DNA of 64,000 bases from Nitrosopumilus sp. (GTDB lineage: Archaea; Thermoproteota; Nitrososphaeria; Nitrososphaerales; Nitrosopumilaceae). The position numbers and the translations under genes are program-made. Below the pieces are notes generated by a model. The model was given only the letters and a program-made list of their open reading frames with translations, was not told where the DNA came from and did no database searches. This document shows, piece by piece, positions 1 to 10,686 of the stretch (its first letter is position 1; the number at the start of each line of letters is the position of its first letter). The stretch is from positions 480,001-544,000 of the forward strand of contig OY763927.2 in NCBI GenBank assembly GCA_963667665.2. Reading direction: 5' to 3'.

Positions 1-243
1 TCTATTACTCTTCCAAATAAGCAAATTTATGATACCACGGGAATTGGAGATATTTTTTGTTCAGCGTTTTGTTGTACTATGCTTAAAGAAAAGGACTTTT
101 TATGGGCACTTTGTTTTGCCGGTGGTGCAGCACAAGCTGCACTTGAATCAAAGAATGTAGGCTTGCAAAAAATTCCTAAAAAGGGTGTTATTCAGACAAA
201 TGCTTCTTATTTTTACAATTTGTTAAAATTCAGAGATTTGTAA
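1..243 (+). CDS. PfkB-family carbohydrate kinase, C-terminal part (truncated by window edge)
   Basis: Frame 1 reads ...IYDTTGIGDIFCSAF...FRDL*; DTTGxGD is the PfkB/ribokinase signature. Confidence 0.75.
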   Translation, partial: SITLPNKQIYDTTGIGDIFCSAFCCTMLKEKDFLWALCFAGGAAQAALESKNVGLQKIPKKGVIQTNASYFYNLLKFRDL

Positions 244-283
244 TACGTTATTTTTTTATTGTACTGAATAGTTTGTTTCATCT

Positions 284-1282
284 GTGCAAATAGGAATTTA
301 TGGTTCTGAAACGACAGGAACTGCAGCAAAGACAATTAAAAAAATTCTAGAGGAATCTGGAATCAAAACCTTCACAATTACAAAATCAAATGGTACACAA
401 GCTGATTGTATTATTGTTTTAGGAGGAGATAAGGGAGTTAGAAATTATTTTCATAGAACTATTGATACTGTTTCACCTGTATTGGGAATTAGTGAAGGTG
501 AGGCTAGTGGATTTTTAGCTCAAATTGATCTTCGAGAATTCTCTTCATATGTTAATATCTTAAAAAAACAAAAATACACTATTGAAGAAGTTCCTAGACT
601 TGGTGTAAAAATTGATAAAAAAAATGTCTATCCTGTTCTTAATGATGTTGCTGTATTTTCCTCAAAGAGTGCTATACTGATGGAACACACATTACGAGTT
701 AATGGTGAAGAAGTTTGGCACGATAACAGTGATGGAATAATCATATCTACCCCAATTGGGTCATCTGCATATTCCATGTCTGCTGGTGGGCCTGTTTTGT
801 TTCAAGATTCAGCAGTATTTGAAATAATTTCTGTAAATTCACTTGATGTTACTCGTAGACCAATTATTGTATCCAATGAAAGCACAATTGAGATTGATGA
901 TATCTATGCAAGATTACATTGTGAAGTTGTTCTTGATGGTTTGGAAAGATACAAGGTAAACAAAATTGTTGAATGCACTAAATTTCTTCCCTCCGCTAAA
1001 ATTATACGACTCAAAAAAGATTTTACTGCAATTTCTGCTCTTGCAAAAAAAGTGCATCTCGCTGAAGAATTACTTAGTATGCCTCCAAGCTCTAAATTAC
1101 TTTTAAAAACATTAGAGTATGAAGGAGCATTAACACAAAAAGATCTTGTAAATAAAACATTACTTCCTGCTAGAACTGTTAGATTGGCATTAAGTCATCT
1201 ATTGAAAAAGGGTTATGTCAAAAAGAAAGTCTCTATTAGAGATGCTAGACAAAAAATCTATGAAATATCAAAAATAAAATAA
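284..1282 (+). CDS. NAD(+) kinase-family protein with C-terminal winged-HTH
   Basis: GGDKG (GGDG-like), LND, DGIIISTPIGSSAYSMSAGGP motifs; C-terminal LTQKDL...RTVRLALSHL...DARQKIY wHTH. Confidence 0.85.
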   Translation: MQIGIYGSETTGTAAKTIKKILEESGIKTFTITKSNGTQADCIIVLGGDKGVRNYFHRTIDTVSPVLGISEGEASGFLAQIDLREFSSYVNILKKQKYTIEEVPRLGVKIDKKNVYPVLNDVAVFSSKSAILMEHTLRVNGEEVWHDNSDGIIISTPIGSSAYSMSAGGPVLFQDSAVFEIISVNSLDVTRRPIIVSNESTIEIDDIYARLHCEVVLDGLERYKVNKIVECTKFLPSAKIIRLKKDFTAISALAKKVHLAEELLSMPPSSKLLLKTLEYEGALTQKDLVNKTLLPARTVRLALSHLLKKGYVKKKVSIRDARQKIYEISKIK

Positions 1283-1289
1283 TTTTTTT

Positions 1290-1445
1290 TTAAGAACTGT
1301 TCTTGATAATTTTATTTGTATGTGATGTGTCATTTTCTGTTATTTCGTTAATTCTTTTTTGAATATTTTTTTTAAAACATTTCTCAGAGCAAAAATCTTT
1401 AATTCCTGTCTCAAATTCACTATTACACTCATTACATTTTGCCAA
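1290..1445 (-). CDS. small metal-binding protein (CxxC...FCSxxC, TRASH/YHS-like)
   Basis: Hand translation MAKCNECNSEFETGIKDFCSEKCFKK...; TTG start assumed, frame is open further upstream. Confidence 0.55.
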   Translation of the reverse strand: MAKCNECNSEFETGIKDFCSEKCFKKNIQKRINEITENDTSHTNKIIKNSS

Positions 1446-1535
1446 TTTTTCTTCCTGTTGTCCATGGACTAAATTGTATCTTATTTAGACGAACGCCCAA
1501 AGTTCCATTTTTGGGATTTTTGTCATCTGAAATGA

Positions 1536-3137
1536 TTACTTTTCTGAGGCTGCTTTGATAAATGCAGTAAATGATTCTTCAGGAAATCCTGGTCTACTGT
1601 TAAATTCTGGGTGAAATTGAACTCCTAGATAGAATTTGTGTGATGGGATTTCAAGCATTTCCATTCTTTTTCCTCCATCACTTTCAGCTGAAAATATCAA
1701 TCCATTTTTTTCAAATTCAGGAATATACTCTTTGTTGATTTCATATCTATGTCTATGGCGTTTACTGATAGTTATTGAGTTGTAAATTTTTTGTGCATTT
1801 GTATTCTCTTTTATTGTTATTTGATTTGCACCTAATCTGAGCGAACCACCCATATCTGAAACATCCTTTTGTTCTGGAAGTAAATCTACCACAGGATTTT
1901 TTACATCAGCTTTAATCTCAGCTGAATTTGCATCGTCTAAATTCAAAACATTTCTTCCAAATGCAATTGCTGCTAACTGAAACCCAAAACATATTCCAAG
2001 ATATGGTATATTTTTCTCACGTGCATAATTTGCAGTTTGAATAATTCCTTCAGAACCTCTAGTACCAAATCCTCCCGGGACTAAAATTCCATCATAGTTT
2101 GATAGTTTACTATAGTCTGTTATTGATTCAGAATCTATCCAGTCAACATCTATTGATTTTCCTATTTGTGCACCTGCGTGTTTTAATGCGTGATTTACAC
2201 TTACATAACTATCAGTCAGTGTAACATATTTTCCAACCATTGCAATCTTTACTTTTTGATCTTCGTGATTAATCATGTTATTTGCAATCTCATTCCATTT
2301 ATCCCAATTAGCTGAAGCATTTACCATTCCAACTTTTCCAAACTTTGTAAATATTGAATCCATTATTCCTTGATCATACAGAATTTGTGGAACTTCAAAA
2401 ATTGATTTTGCATCGTGACATGATAAAACGTCTTTTGTTGAAACATTTGTAAACATTCCAATTTTTTTCTTTGTTTTTTCTTCTAATGGCAATGTACATC
2501 TAACTGCCAAAAAGTCTGGTTGTATTCCTATTCTTCTTAGTTCTTGGACGCTATGTTGAGTTGGTTTAGTCTTTTGCTCTCCAACTACATCAAGTGATGG
2601 TGCTAATGTTACATGAACAAAGATTACCCCTTGTGGCCCTTCTTCTACTCTTATCTGCCTGAGTGCCTCTAAAAATGGCAATGATTCTATATCTCCAACT
2701 GTTCCTCCACATTCTACTATCAAAAAATCTAGTTTTTCATCGTCTGAAATCTTTCTAATTCTTTTTTTAATCTCATCAGTAACATGTGGAATTATCTGAA
2801 CACATGCTCCAAGATATTCTCCCTTTCTTTCTGCTTCAATTACTGAAGAATATACTTGAGCAGTTGTAATGTTGTGGCTTTTTGGAATATCTTGGTTTAG
2901 GAATCTTTCATAGTTTCCAATATCCATGTCACATTCCCCTCCATCTTCTGTTACAAAGACTTCACCATGTGCAATTGGATTCATAGTTCCTGCATCAAAG
3001 TTCAGATAAGGATCTATTTTGACGCAAGAGACTTTTTGATCAGATAATTGTAATAATTTTGCAATCGAGGAAGTTGTTACACCTTTTCCAAGGCCAGACA
3101 TCACACCACCTGTGACAAAAATATACTTCGCCTGCAC
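1536..3137 (-). CDS. pyrG: CTP synthase
   Basis: KYIFVTGGVMSGLGKG, KIDPYLN, PGGFG, GICFG, HRHRYE, QFHPE. Confidence 0.98.
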   Translation of the reverse strand: MQAKYIFVTGGVMSGLGKGVTTSSIAKLLQLSDQKVSCVKIDPYLNFDAGTMNPIAHGEVFVTEDGGECDMDIGNYERFLNQDIPKSHNITTAQVYSSVIEAERKGEYLGACVQIIPHVTDEIKKRIRKISDDEKLDFLIVECGGTVGDIESLPFLEALRQIRVEEGPQGVIFVHVTLAPSLDVVGEQKTKPTQHSVQELRRIGIQPDFLAVRCTLPLEEKTKKKIGMFTNVSTKDVLSCHDAKSIFEVPQILYDQGIMDSIFTKFGKVGMVNASANWDKWNEIANNMINHEDQKVKIAMVGKYVTLTDSYVSVNHALKHAGAQIGKSIDVDWIDSESITDYSKLSNYDGILVPGGFGTRGSEGIIQTANYAREKNIPYLGICFGFQLAAIAFGRNVLNLDDANSAEIKADVKNPVVDLLPEQKDVSDMGGSLRLGANQITIKENTNAQKIYNSITISKRHRHRYEINKEYIPEFEKNGLIFSAESDGGKRMEMLEIPSHKFYLGVQFHPEFNSRPGFPEESFTAFIKAASEK

Positions 3138-3443
3138 ATTAATGAAACAAGTATCTGTCTTTTGTATGTTTTGTCTGTTATTGCTTGAAATTGAGGACCA
3201 ATAGACTATTCAAATTCTTTACATTTTAGATTTTCATTAATTTAGATTATCGCGATCTTTACAAATGTAAAAAAATCTTGTGTATTTTTAACAGGTTTTA
3301 GAGATTTTTGACGATATTATTTTATTTTTCATTGTGTTTTGTATTATGAGAACCTCTAGTATGGTGGTCATCCCTGAAATAGAACTTCCCCTCCATGGCA
3401 GTTATTATGCATGACCCCATTCTATGACGTTGGTTAGTATATT

Positions 3444-4244
3444 CTAAAGAATTGTTTGTTTCTTTAGACTTTTTGTAAATGTTGCAATTTTAGTTTCTAG
3501 TTTGTTTTGTGGAGTTTTTTCAATTAATTTCAAATATGCACTACCTACAATTACTGCATCTGCTCCTACTTTGATGTACTTTTTTACATCATTGGGAGTT
3601 GAAATTCCAAATCCTACACCGACAGGAATTTTCCCATTGGTTTGTTTTTTAATATCTTTGATTGCTTTTATTGTATAATTTTTAATTCCTGTTTTAACTC
3701 CAGTTGTACCATAAACTGCAACAAGATACAAGAATCCTGTTGATATTTTTGAAATCTTTTGTATTCTTGTCTTGTTAGTATTTGGAGACACTAAAAAAAT
3801 TGTATCTGCATTATTTTTGGCAGATTTGATATATTCTTTTGATTCTTCAATTGACATATCCGGAAGAATGAATCCATCTATTCCAGCTTTCCTTGCTTTT
3901 GAAATAAATTTTGCATATCCCATATTATACAAGATGTTGGTGTAAGTCATTAGTACTAGCGGGATATCTGTCTCTTTTCTAATTTTTTTTACAATGTTGA
4001 AAAACTTGTTAATTTTTGTACCTTTTTTGAGTGAGATTGTACTTGCATTTTGAATTACTGGTCCATCAGCTATCGGATCTGAAAATGGAAAACCTAATTC
4101 TATAATGTCTGCTCCTCCTTTTACTAGTCCTCTTACAGCTGAAATAGTTGCTTTTTCATTTGGGAATCCTACCATGAGGTATGAGATCAGGGCTTTCTGA
4201 TTTTTAGCCTCCAATTCGGCAAATTTTTCTTTAATCCTTGACAT
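3444..4244 (-). CDS. trpA: tryptophan synthase alpha subunit
   Basis: [33 protein letters not shown]. Confidence 0.97.
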   Translation of the reverse strand: MSRIKEKFAELEAKNQKALISYLMVGFPNEKATISAVRGLVKGGADIIELGFPFSDPIADGPVIQNASTISLKKGTKINKFFNIVKKIRKETDIPLVLMTYTNILYNMGYAKFISKARKAGIDGFILPDMSIEESKEYIKSAKNNADTIFLVSPNTNKTRIQKISKISTGFLYLVAVYGTTGVKTGIKNYTIKAIKDIKKQTNGKIPVGVGFGISTPNDVKKYIKVGADAVIVGSAYLKLIEKTPQNKLETKIATFTKSLKKQTIL

Positions 4245-5418
4245 TTCTCTTTAAATAATTTTGTACTTCTTCAACATCTTTGTCTCCTCTTCCAGAAAGT
4301 GTTACAACTATTGATTCTGATTTCTTTCCTTTTCGCGCCACTTTGATTGCTTCAGCTATTGCATGAGCTGATTCAAGTGCTGGAATAATTCCTTCAGTTT
4401 TAGTTAGCATTAGGAATGCATCAATTACTTCCGAATCAGTGGCTGAATGATATTTTATTCGTTTAGTGTCTTTATAGTATGAGTGCTCTGGTCCAACACC
4501 TGGATAGTCAAGTCCTGCTGAAATACTATGAGTCTCTGTAATTTGTCCCTCGTCATCTTGAAGTAAATATGTCATCATACCATGTAACACTCCTTTAGTT
4601 CCAGCTGACAATGTTGCTGAATGCAATTTTGATTTTAATCCTTTTCCTGCAGCCTCTACTCCAATCATTTCTGCATTGGAATCTACTAAAGGATAGAATG
4701 TACCAATTGCATTTGATCCTCCCCCAACACATGCTATCACACTATCTGGTGTTTTGTTAATTTTTTTCATTTGTGATTTAATTTCATTTCCAATTACACT
4801 TTGAAAATCTCTAACCATTACTGGATATGGATGTGGACCAACTGCTGATCCTAACAGATAGTATGTTGTCTCTACATTAGTAATCCAATCACGAATTGCT
4901 TCATTAATTGCATCTTTTAGTGTCTTTGAACCAGAATTTACTGGATAAACTTTGCAACCAAGCAAATCCATTCTAAATACATTTAGCTTTTGACGAATTG
5001 TATCTTTATACCCCATGTATACTTCGGCTCTCATTCCTAATGCAGCGCATGCCATTGCAGTAGCTACGCCGTGCTGCCCTGCACCTGTTTCTGCAATGAT
5101 TCTTTTCTTCTTCATCTTCTTTGCAAGAAGGGCTTGACCTAGTGTATTGTTGATTTTGTGTGCTCCCCCATGTAGCAAATCTTCTCGTTTTAGATAGATT
5201 TTAGCACCACCTAGTTTTTCTGACAAATTTTTAGCATAGTATAATGGAGTTGGTCTTCCTGCATACACTTTGAGATAGTAATCTAATTCTTTTTTGAAAT
5301 TTTTATCATCTTTAAATTTAAGATAGTTCTCTTCTAATTCTTCAATTGCCGGAACTAGTGTTTCTGGAATATATTTTCCACCAAATTCTCCAAATCGACC
5401 ATTCTTAGGATATTTCAA
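4231..5418 (-). CDS. trpB: tryptophan synthase beta subunit
   Basis: [46 protein letters not shown]. Confidence 0.98.
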   Translation of the reverse strand: MKYPKNGRFGEFGGKYIPETLVPAIEELEENYLKFKDDKNFKKELDYYLKVYAGRPTPLYYAKNLSEKLGGAKIYLKREDLLHGGAHKINNTLGQALLAKKMKKKRIIAETGAGQHGVATAMACAALGMRAEVYMGYKDTIRQKLNVFRMDLLGCKVYPVNSGSKTLKDAINEAIRDWITNVETTYYLLGSAVGPHPYPVMVRDFQSVIGNEIKSQMKKINKTPDSVIACVGGGSNAIGTFYPLVDSNAEMIGVEAAGKGLKSKLHSATLSAGTKGVLHGMMTYLLQDDEGQITETHSISAGLDYPGVGPEHSYYKDTKRIKYHSATDSEVIDAFLMLTKTEGIIPALESAHAIAEAIKVARKGKKSESIVVTLSGRGDKDVEEVQNYLKRNVKD

Positions 5419-6194
5419 TATGCACTCACCAATTTTCTGACTTGCTCTTCGATATTATCGCTTTTCATAATACTTGATCCTATTAGAAAAGCATCTGCAC
5501 CACACTTTTTTAAATATTGAATATCATCTGCAGTTTCAATTCCACTCTCTGATAATATTAGCCTTGATTTTTCATATCCTTCAAGAACTGTCTCAGTAGT
5601 TTTTAAATTAATTTCCAACGTGTCCAAATTCCTGTTGTTAATTCCAATAAGATCAGCTTTTGTCATTAATGCATTTTCAAATTCTTGTTTTGTATGAACT
5701 TCAAGGAGAATTTTTAATTCTTTTTTATGGGCATACTCAATAAATTCATCAATATTTTTGAGAAATCCTTGATCAAACAAAGACTGAATCAATAATATGT
5801 AGTCTGCACCTATTTTTTCTGCCGCATCAATCTGAATATTTTCAATCATAATATCTTTCATCAATAATGGAACATTAACTGCTTCTCTTACTTTCATGAA
5901 ATATTCTGGAGAACCATGAAACAGATTTGGCTGAGTAAGAACTGATAATGCTTTTGAGCCTCCTGCAATCATTTGTTTTGCTATGCTTGCAGGATCTGTT
6001 AGAGTTCTAATTTTTCCTAAGGATGGTGATGCAAATTTTATCTCAGTTAGAAGTGTTGGGTGAGAATTAGTCTTTATAATCTGAATTAGGTCTTTATTTG
6101 ATTTTTCCAGATTTGTATCAATATCGTATGTTCCATCATCAATTGCTGTTTGAGAATTAGTAACTAATCTTTTTAAAATATTTTCAGCCATCAT
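5415..6194 (-). CDS. trpC: indole-3-glycerol phosphate synthase
   Basis: [26 protein letters not shown]. Confidence 0.95.
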   Translation of the reverse strand: MMAENILKRLVTNSQTAIDDGTYDIDTNLEKSNKDLIQIIKTNSHPTLLTEIKFASPSLGKIRTLTDPASIAKQMIAGGSKALSVLTQPNLFHGSPEYFMKVREAVNVPLLMKDIMIENIQIDAAEKIGADYILLIQSLFDQGFLKNIDEFIEYAHKKELKILLEVHTKQEFENALMTKADLIGINNRNLDTLEINLKTTETVLEGYEKSRLILSESGIETADDIQYLKKCGADAFLIGSSIMKSDNIEEQVRKLVSAY

Positions 6195-7231
6195 ACTATC
6201 TCCTTTAATTTTGAAATATTTCCAGTATCTGCCACAAAGTTCTCCAAAGTCTTGAATGCTTTTCCATCTTTAATTGTGTTTAGTGCAAGCTCTACTCCTT
6301 CTTCAAAATTATTTATAACGTTTGCAATAATTAATCCACCAGCTGCATTTAGTGCTGTGGTTTCAATCATTGCCTGATTTGCAGTGTTATTTAGAACTCC
6401 AACAAAAGATTTGATTGCTTCTTCTTTTGTTTTAATTTGAATATCTTTTAGTGATGATTTGTGCAATCCTACAACTTCGGGATCAATTGCATTCATCAAA
6501 ACTTTGTCTTTTCTTAAAATACATACACGATTAATTGCACTAGTAGAGAATTCATCCATTCCGTCATCTGATCGTACAGTCATTATATTTTCTCCACCTT
6601 TTCTTTTTAGGATTGCAGGTAATCTATCAAGGAATTCAATTGCAAATACTCCAATTAGTTGATTTTTAACTCCAGCTGGATTTGATAATGGACCTAAAAG
6701 ATTGAATGCAGTTCTTTTTGCTAGTTGTTTTCTAGCTGGACTAACATATTTCATTGCTGGATGAAACTTTTGTGCAAACATAAAACAAATTTTATGTTTT
6801 TCTAGAGTTTGTACAATTTGTGATGGTTCTTGATTTAGATCATATCCAAAATACTCAAAAATATCTGCACTTCCAGATACTCCAGAACTTGAACGGTTTC
6901 CATGTTTTGCAACTATTCCTCCAGCAGCAGCTACTACAAATGATGCAGTAGTTGATACATTGAAGGTTTGAAGCTTGTCGCCCCCAGTACCACACATATC
7001 AATAATGCTTCCAGCATTTTTAGGCTCAATTTTTAGAGATAACTCTTGCATTTTATCAAGCATTCCTAATAGTTCATCATCTGTTTCTCCTTTCTCTGCT
7101 AGATGGGATAGAAAATCAGAGTTCTCTTGAATATCTGTATTTCCCGAAAGAATGTCTGTCATTACATTGTTTATCTCATCATATGTCAAATCTGTCTTTT
7201 CTTGTAATTTTTTAATTAAATCTGAAATCAT
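6191..7231 (-). CDS. trpD: anthranilate phosphoribosyltransferase
   Basis: DMCGTGGD, NVST, KHGNRSSSGVSGSAD, FNLLGPLSNP. Confidence 0.97.
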   Translation of the reverse strand: MISDLIKKLQEKTDLTYDEINNVMTDILSGNTDIQENSDFLSHLAEKGETDDELLGMLDKMQELSLKIEPKNAGSIIDMCGTGGDKLQTFNVSTTASFVVAAAGGIVAKHGNRSSSGVSGSADIFEYFGYDLNQEPSQIVQTLEKHKICFMFAQKFHPAMKYVSPARKQLAKRTAFNLLGPLSNPAGVKNQLIGVFAIEFLDRLPAILKRKGGENIMTVRSDDGMDEFSTSAINRVCILRKDKVLMNAIDPEVVGLHKSSLKDIQIKTKEEAIKSFVGVLNNTANQAMIETTALNAAGGLIIANVINNFEEGVELALNTIKDGKAFKTLENFVADTGNISKLKEIV

Positions 7232-7818
7232 TTTTCTTTCACCTGTCTAATGAAATTTCCTAGAATTTTTTTACCCTCTTCAGTCATTATTGATTCTGGA
7301 TGAAACTGCACTCCTTCAATTAGATATTCTTTATGTTTTATTGCCATGATTTCACCATCGTCAGCTGCAGTAGCAGTTACTTCTAGTATGTCTGGGATTA
7401 TTGTTTTATCACCTACCAGACTATGATATCTTGTAGCTCTAAATGGATTCTTTACATCTTTGAATAACTCTGAATTATTATGATCAACTGGACTTGTCTT
7501 TCCATGTCTTACACATCCAGCGTTTGTAACTTTGCCTCCAAATGCATGAATGATTCCTTGATGTCCAAGACAAACTCCCAGAATTGGTGTAGTTGGTCCC
7601 ATGTTACTAATCACATCTGAGCATATTCCAAAGTATTTTTCTTCTTCAGGAGTTCCTGGACCCGGAGAAATTATTATTGCATCATAATTTTTCTCTTTAA
7701 TTTCATCTAACGTGATTTTGTCATTTCTAATAACATCTGATTCCACTCCTAGTTCTCCAAGGTATTGTGCAATGTTATACACAAATGAATCGTAATTATC
7801 AATGATTAGAAATTTCAT
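7228..7818 (-). CDS. trpG: anthranilate synthase component II (glutamine amidotransferase)
   Basis: IIDNYDSF, SPGPG, GVCLGHQ, RYHSL, QFHPES. Confidence 0.95.
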   Translation of the reverse strand: MKFLIIDNYDSFVYNIAQYLGELGVESDVIRNDKITLDEIKEKNYDAIIISPGPGTPEEEKYFGICSDVISNMGPTTPILGVCLGHQGIIHAFGGKVTNAGCVRHGKTSPVDHNNSELFKDVKNPFRATRYHSLVGDKTIIPDILEVTATAADDGEIMAIKHKEYLIEGVQFHPESIMTEEGKKILGNFIRQVKEK

Positions 7819-9164
7819 TTTGTTGCCTCCTTTAATGCTTGAAGCATTGCACCTGCTTTGTGTTCTGTTTCTTTGAATTCATATTCTGCAATAGAATCCG
7901 AAACAATTCCTGCTCCAGATTGCACAAATCCCTTATTTCCATCAATGAAGATGCTTCTAATTGCTATTGCAAAATCACAGCATCCATTGTATGAGAAATA
8001 TCCAACAGCTCCTGCATATGGTCCTCTTGCTTCTGTTTCTAATTCATCAATGACTTGCATAGCTCGGACTTTGGGTGCTCCTGATACTGTACCTGCTGGA
8101 AATACAGCTTTGAAGGCATCAAACATGTCGTTTTCAGGCGCCAAATTACCTACAACATGTGTAACTATATGCTGAACATGACTAAATCGTTTTATTTGCA
8201 TTAGTGATTCTGGATGAACTGTTCCATACTTACATACTCGACCGATATCATTTCGCCCTAAATCCACCAGCATTGTGTGCTCTGCTAACTCTTTTTCATC
8301 ATGGAGTAATTCATCAGCTAACTGTTTGTTTCTTTCCTCATTGTCAGTAACTTTTCTAGTTCCCGCAATTGGAAAAGTTTCTACTTTGTCATCTGTAATT
8401 CTAACTAACATTTCAGGTGATGCCCCGATGATTGTTTTAGAGCCTTGTTTTAAATGATACATGTAGGGTGATGGATTTAGCTTGCGTAATGTTTTGTATA
8501 ATGTTAGATTGTCTCCATTATTCTCAAATGCAAATTTTCTAGATAAAACAACCTGAAATATATCCCCATCATGGATTAATTTTTTTGCCTTGTTTACAAT
8601 TCCTGAGAATTTTTCTTCATCCATGTTTGGTATTACTTCTGATGAATGAAAATCCCCAAATGTATCATTTCCCATCTTTAGATTATCAAATCTATTTTCA
8701 TCATGATAAAAGTAGAATAATTTCTTATGTAAATTATCATATAGAATCCCATCATCATAAATTCCAAACTCCATTAACGGTTGTGGTGAATTATGAGTAT
8801 CTGCAATATCTTCAACTAGTCTGATTGCATCATAATTGACAACACCTACTGCTCCCCCAAGATATCGATAACTTTGATCAGTTGATCTTCCCAAGAGTTT
8901 TTTTAGTTCTCCAAATGGGTTTGTGGTTTGTATGGTTTCTATTTTTCCATCTTGAATAATTTCTACTTTGTCAGAATACCCTTTAAGAATTATCTTTGGA
9001 TCAAATCCCATAACTGATGTTTCAGCTAGAACTTCAGGACCAGTTAATGATTCAAAGAGAAATGAATGTGAATAGTTTCTTGAAATTTTATTATAAATTT
9101 GAAATTGGTTTTCAGATAAATCTAGGGGTATTACTTTTGCTTGAGAGTCTCCAAATGTGTTCAC
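7815..9164 (-). CDS. trpE: anthranilate synthase component I
   Basis: NPSPY, GASPE, PIAGT, EHTMLVDLGRND, PAGTVSGAPK. Confidence 0.95.
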   Translation of the reverse strand: MNTFGDSQAKVIPLDLSENQFQIYNKISRNYSHSFLFESLTGPEVLAETSVMGFDPKIILKGYSDKVEIIQDGKIETIQTTNPFGELKKLLGRSTDQSYRYLGGAVGVVNYDAIRLVEDIADTHNSPQPLMEFGIYDDGILYDNLHKKLFYFYHDENRFDNLKMGNDTFGDFHSSEVIPNMDEEKFSGIVNKAKKLIHDGDIFQVVLSRKFAFENNGDNLTLYKTLRKLNPSPYMYHLKQGSKTIIGASPEMLVRITDDKVETFPIAGTRKVTDNEERNKQLADELLHDEKELAEHTMLVDLGRNDIGRVCKYGTVHPESLMQIKRFSHVQHIVTHVVGNLAPENDMFDAFKAVFPAGTVSGAPKVRAMQVIDELETEARGPYAGAVGYFSYNGCCDFAIAIRSIFIDGNKGFVQSGAGIVSDSIAEYEFKETEHKAGAMLQALKEATK

Positions 9165-9315
9165 CCATAGACAAAATTTTAGTGGTTTATTATTTAAATT
9201 GAATAGTAGGTTTCACTGGCACTGTTTTTGTCTAAAATGATTGATTTTGTAGGCATGGAAAAGTTACGGTATAGTACGGTACCTTTATAGCATAGTTGAT
9301 CATACTATAATTACC

Positions 9316-9507
9316 ATGCAGGGGGCAAATCAGGCAATTATTCAAGATACGCAGATTCTCAGAAAATCACAGAATGTAATATCATCAGTTAGTAAGTTAG
9401 AATGCTATGTTTGTGGAAAAGGACTAGAAGATGGTCATAGTATTACTGCCAAGACATTACCTCATGGAATAGTATTGTTTTGCGATGTTCATTATTCATT
9501 ACAATAA
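9316..9507 (+). CDS. small Zn-finger protein (CxxC...CxxH)
   Basis: CYVC...FCDVH; divergent from trpE with TTTATA upstream. Confidence 0.6.
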   Translation: MQGANQAIIQDTQILRKSQNVISSVSKLECYVCGKGLEDGHSITAKTLPHGIVLFCDVHYSLQ

Positions 9508-9737
9508 TTGACCAAAATGGACTAGAAAATATCAGAAGAATTCCACTCTTCTTATGTTTCAAGTTCACTTAGTTAATGTACGAAAGTACTAATTCGTGTG
9601 TGTACTCTCGTTGTGGCTGGGTTTGTTTCAACGAGGTTTTTTATCCTTCAACAAATGTAACATTTAGGCTTAAAAAAATGGTAATTACACAAAATTACAC
9701 ACAGGCATTCTAGTATGATATATTTGAAAATAATCTA

Positions 9738-10649
9738 TTGGAAGATATACATCTTGACGAATGTGTGCGCTGTGGAGCGGGACTTTTAGCTGTTAGTGAT
9801 ATTTGTCCACAATGTGGGTTTCTAAAAAGTAAAGGCAATGAGCTTATTGAAGCACGAGAAAAGGCAGCAAATGACATTGAGCTTGATGAATCTGAAGAAA
9901 AACCAAATAATGTTGTAATTGAAAACTATGAAGAATTTGTTGAAAAGGTAGCAAATGAAATCAGTAATCCAACGCCAAAAAAACCAACTGTAATTAAAAA
10001 TAAAATATATCGTCCAACTGGAGTGAGACTATTTGGTATTTTTCACATGCTTTTAGGAATTTCTATGGCAACTTTTGGAATAATTTTTGGTTCAGCAGTA
10101 ATTTTTCTTGTGATGTCAAGTGGAATGGGCAGCTTAGGTGATATTGGTGGTGGTATGGGAAACATGATGATGTTGCCAGGAATGGGCGGTATAGATGCAT
10201 CAACAATGTCCTCCATTGATACTATTATTGGATTAAATGCAATTGCAGGTTCACCTAGTGCAAGCGACATTGAAGTAAGGATGAACTCTTCAGGTATATT
10301 GGATATAGATTTAATGATGGAAATAATTACTGAAACATCTGTTATTGCACTAATTGAGATCTCTTTGGGTGTATTTGTTTTTGTAGTTGGAATAGGTTTG
10401 TTTAAAGGTAAAAAATGGGCCAGACCTGTAACTATTGTGTATTCAATTTTTTCTATTCCACTTGTTGTGTTGCTTGTTGAAAATATTAATAATCTGATTC
10501 TTCTTGGGATGGCTGCTTTTGATGGTATACTTCTCTATTACATGTTCAAATCAAAAGTTAAAGAATACTTTAATCAACCTTCAATGAAAAAACCCAATAA
10601 AAAATCCAAGATTAACAATTCTCGAACTGTTAAAAAATCTCAGAAATAA
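9738..10649 (+). CDS. membrane protein with N-terminal Zn ribbon
   Basis: CVRC...CPQC; RPTGV motif then several hydrophobic TM segments. Confidence 0.7.
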   Translation: MEDIHLDECVRCGAGLLAVSDICPQCGFLKSKGNELIEAREKAANDIELDESEEKPNNVVIENYEEFVEKVANEISNPTPKKPTVIKNKIYRPTGVRLFGIFHMLLGISMATFGIIFGSAVIFLVMSSGMGSLGDIGGGMGNMMMLPGMGGIDASTMSSIDTIIGLNAIAGSPSASDIEVRMNSSGILDIDLMMEIITETSVIALIEISLGVFVFVVGIGLFKGKKWARPVTIVYSIFSIPLVVLLVENINNLILLGMAAFDGILLYYMFKSKVKEYFNQPSMKKPNKKSKINNSRTVKKSQK

Positions 10650-10686
10650 CAATGCTTAATTGCTTGATTTTAATCTAAATATCTTA

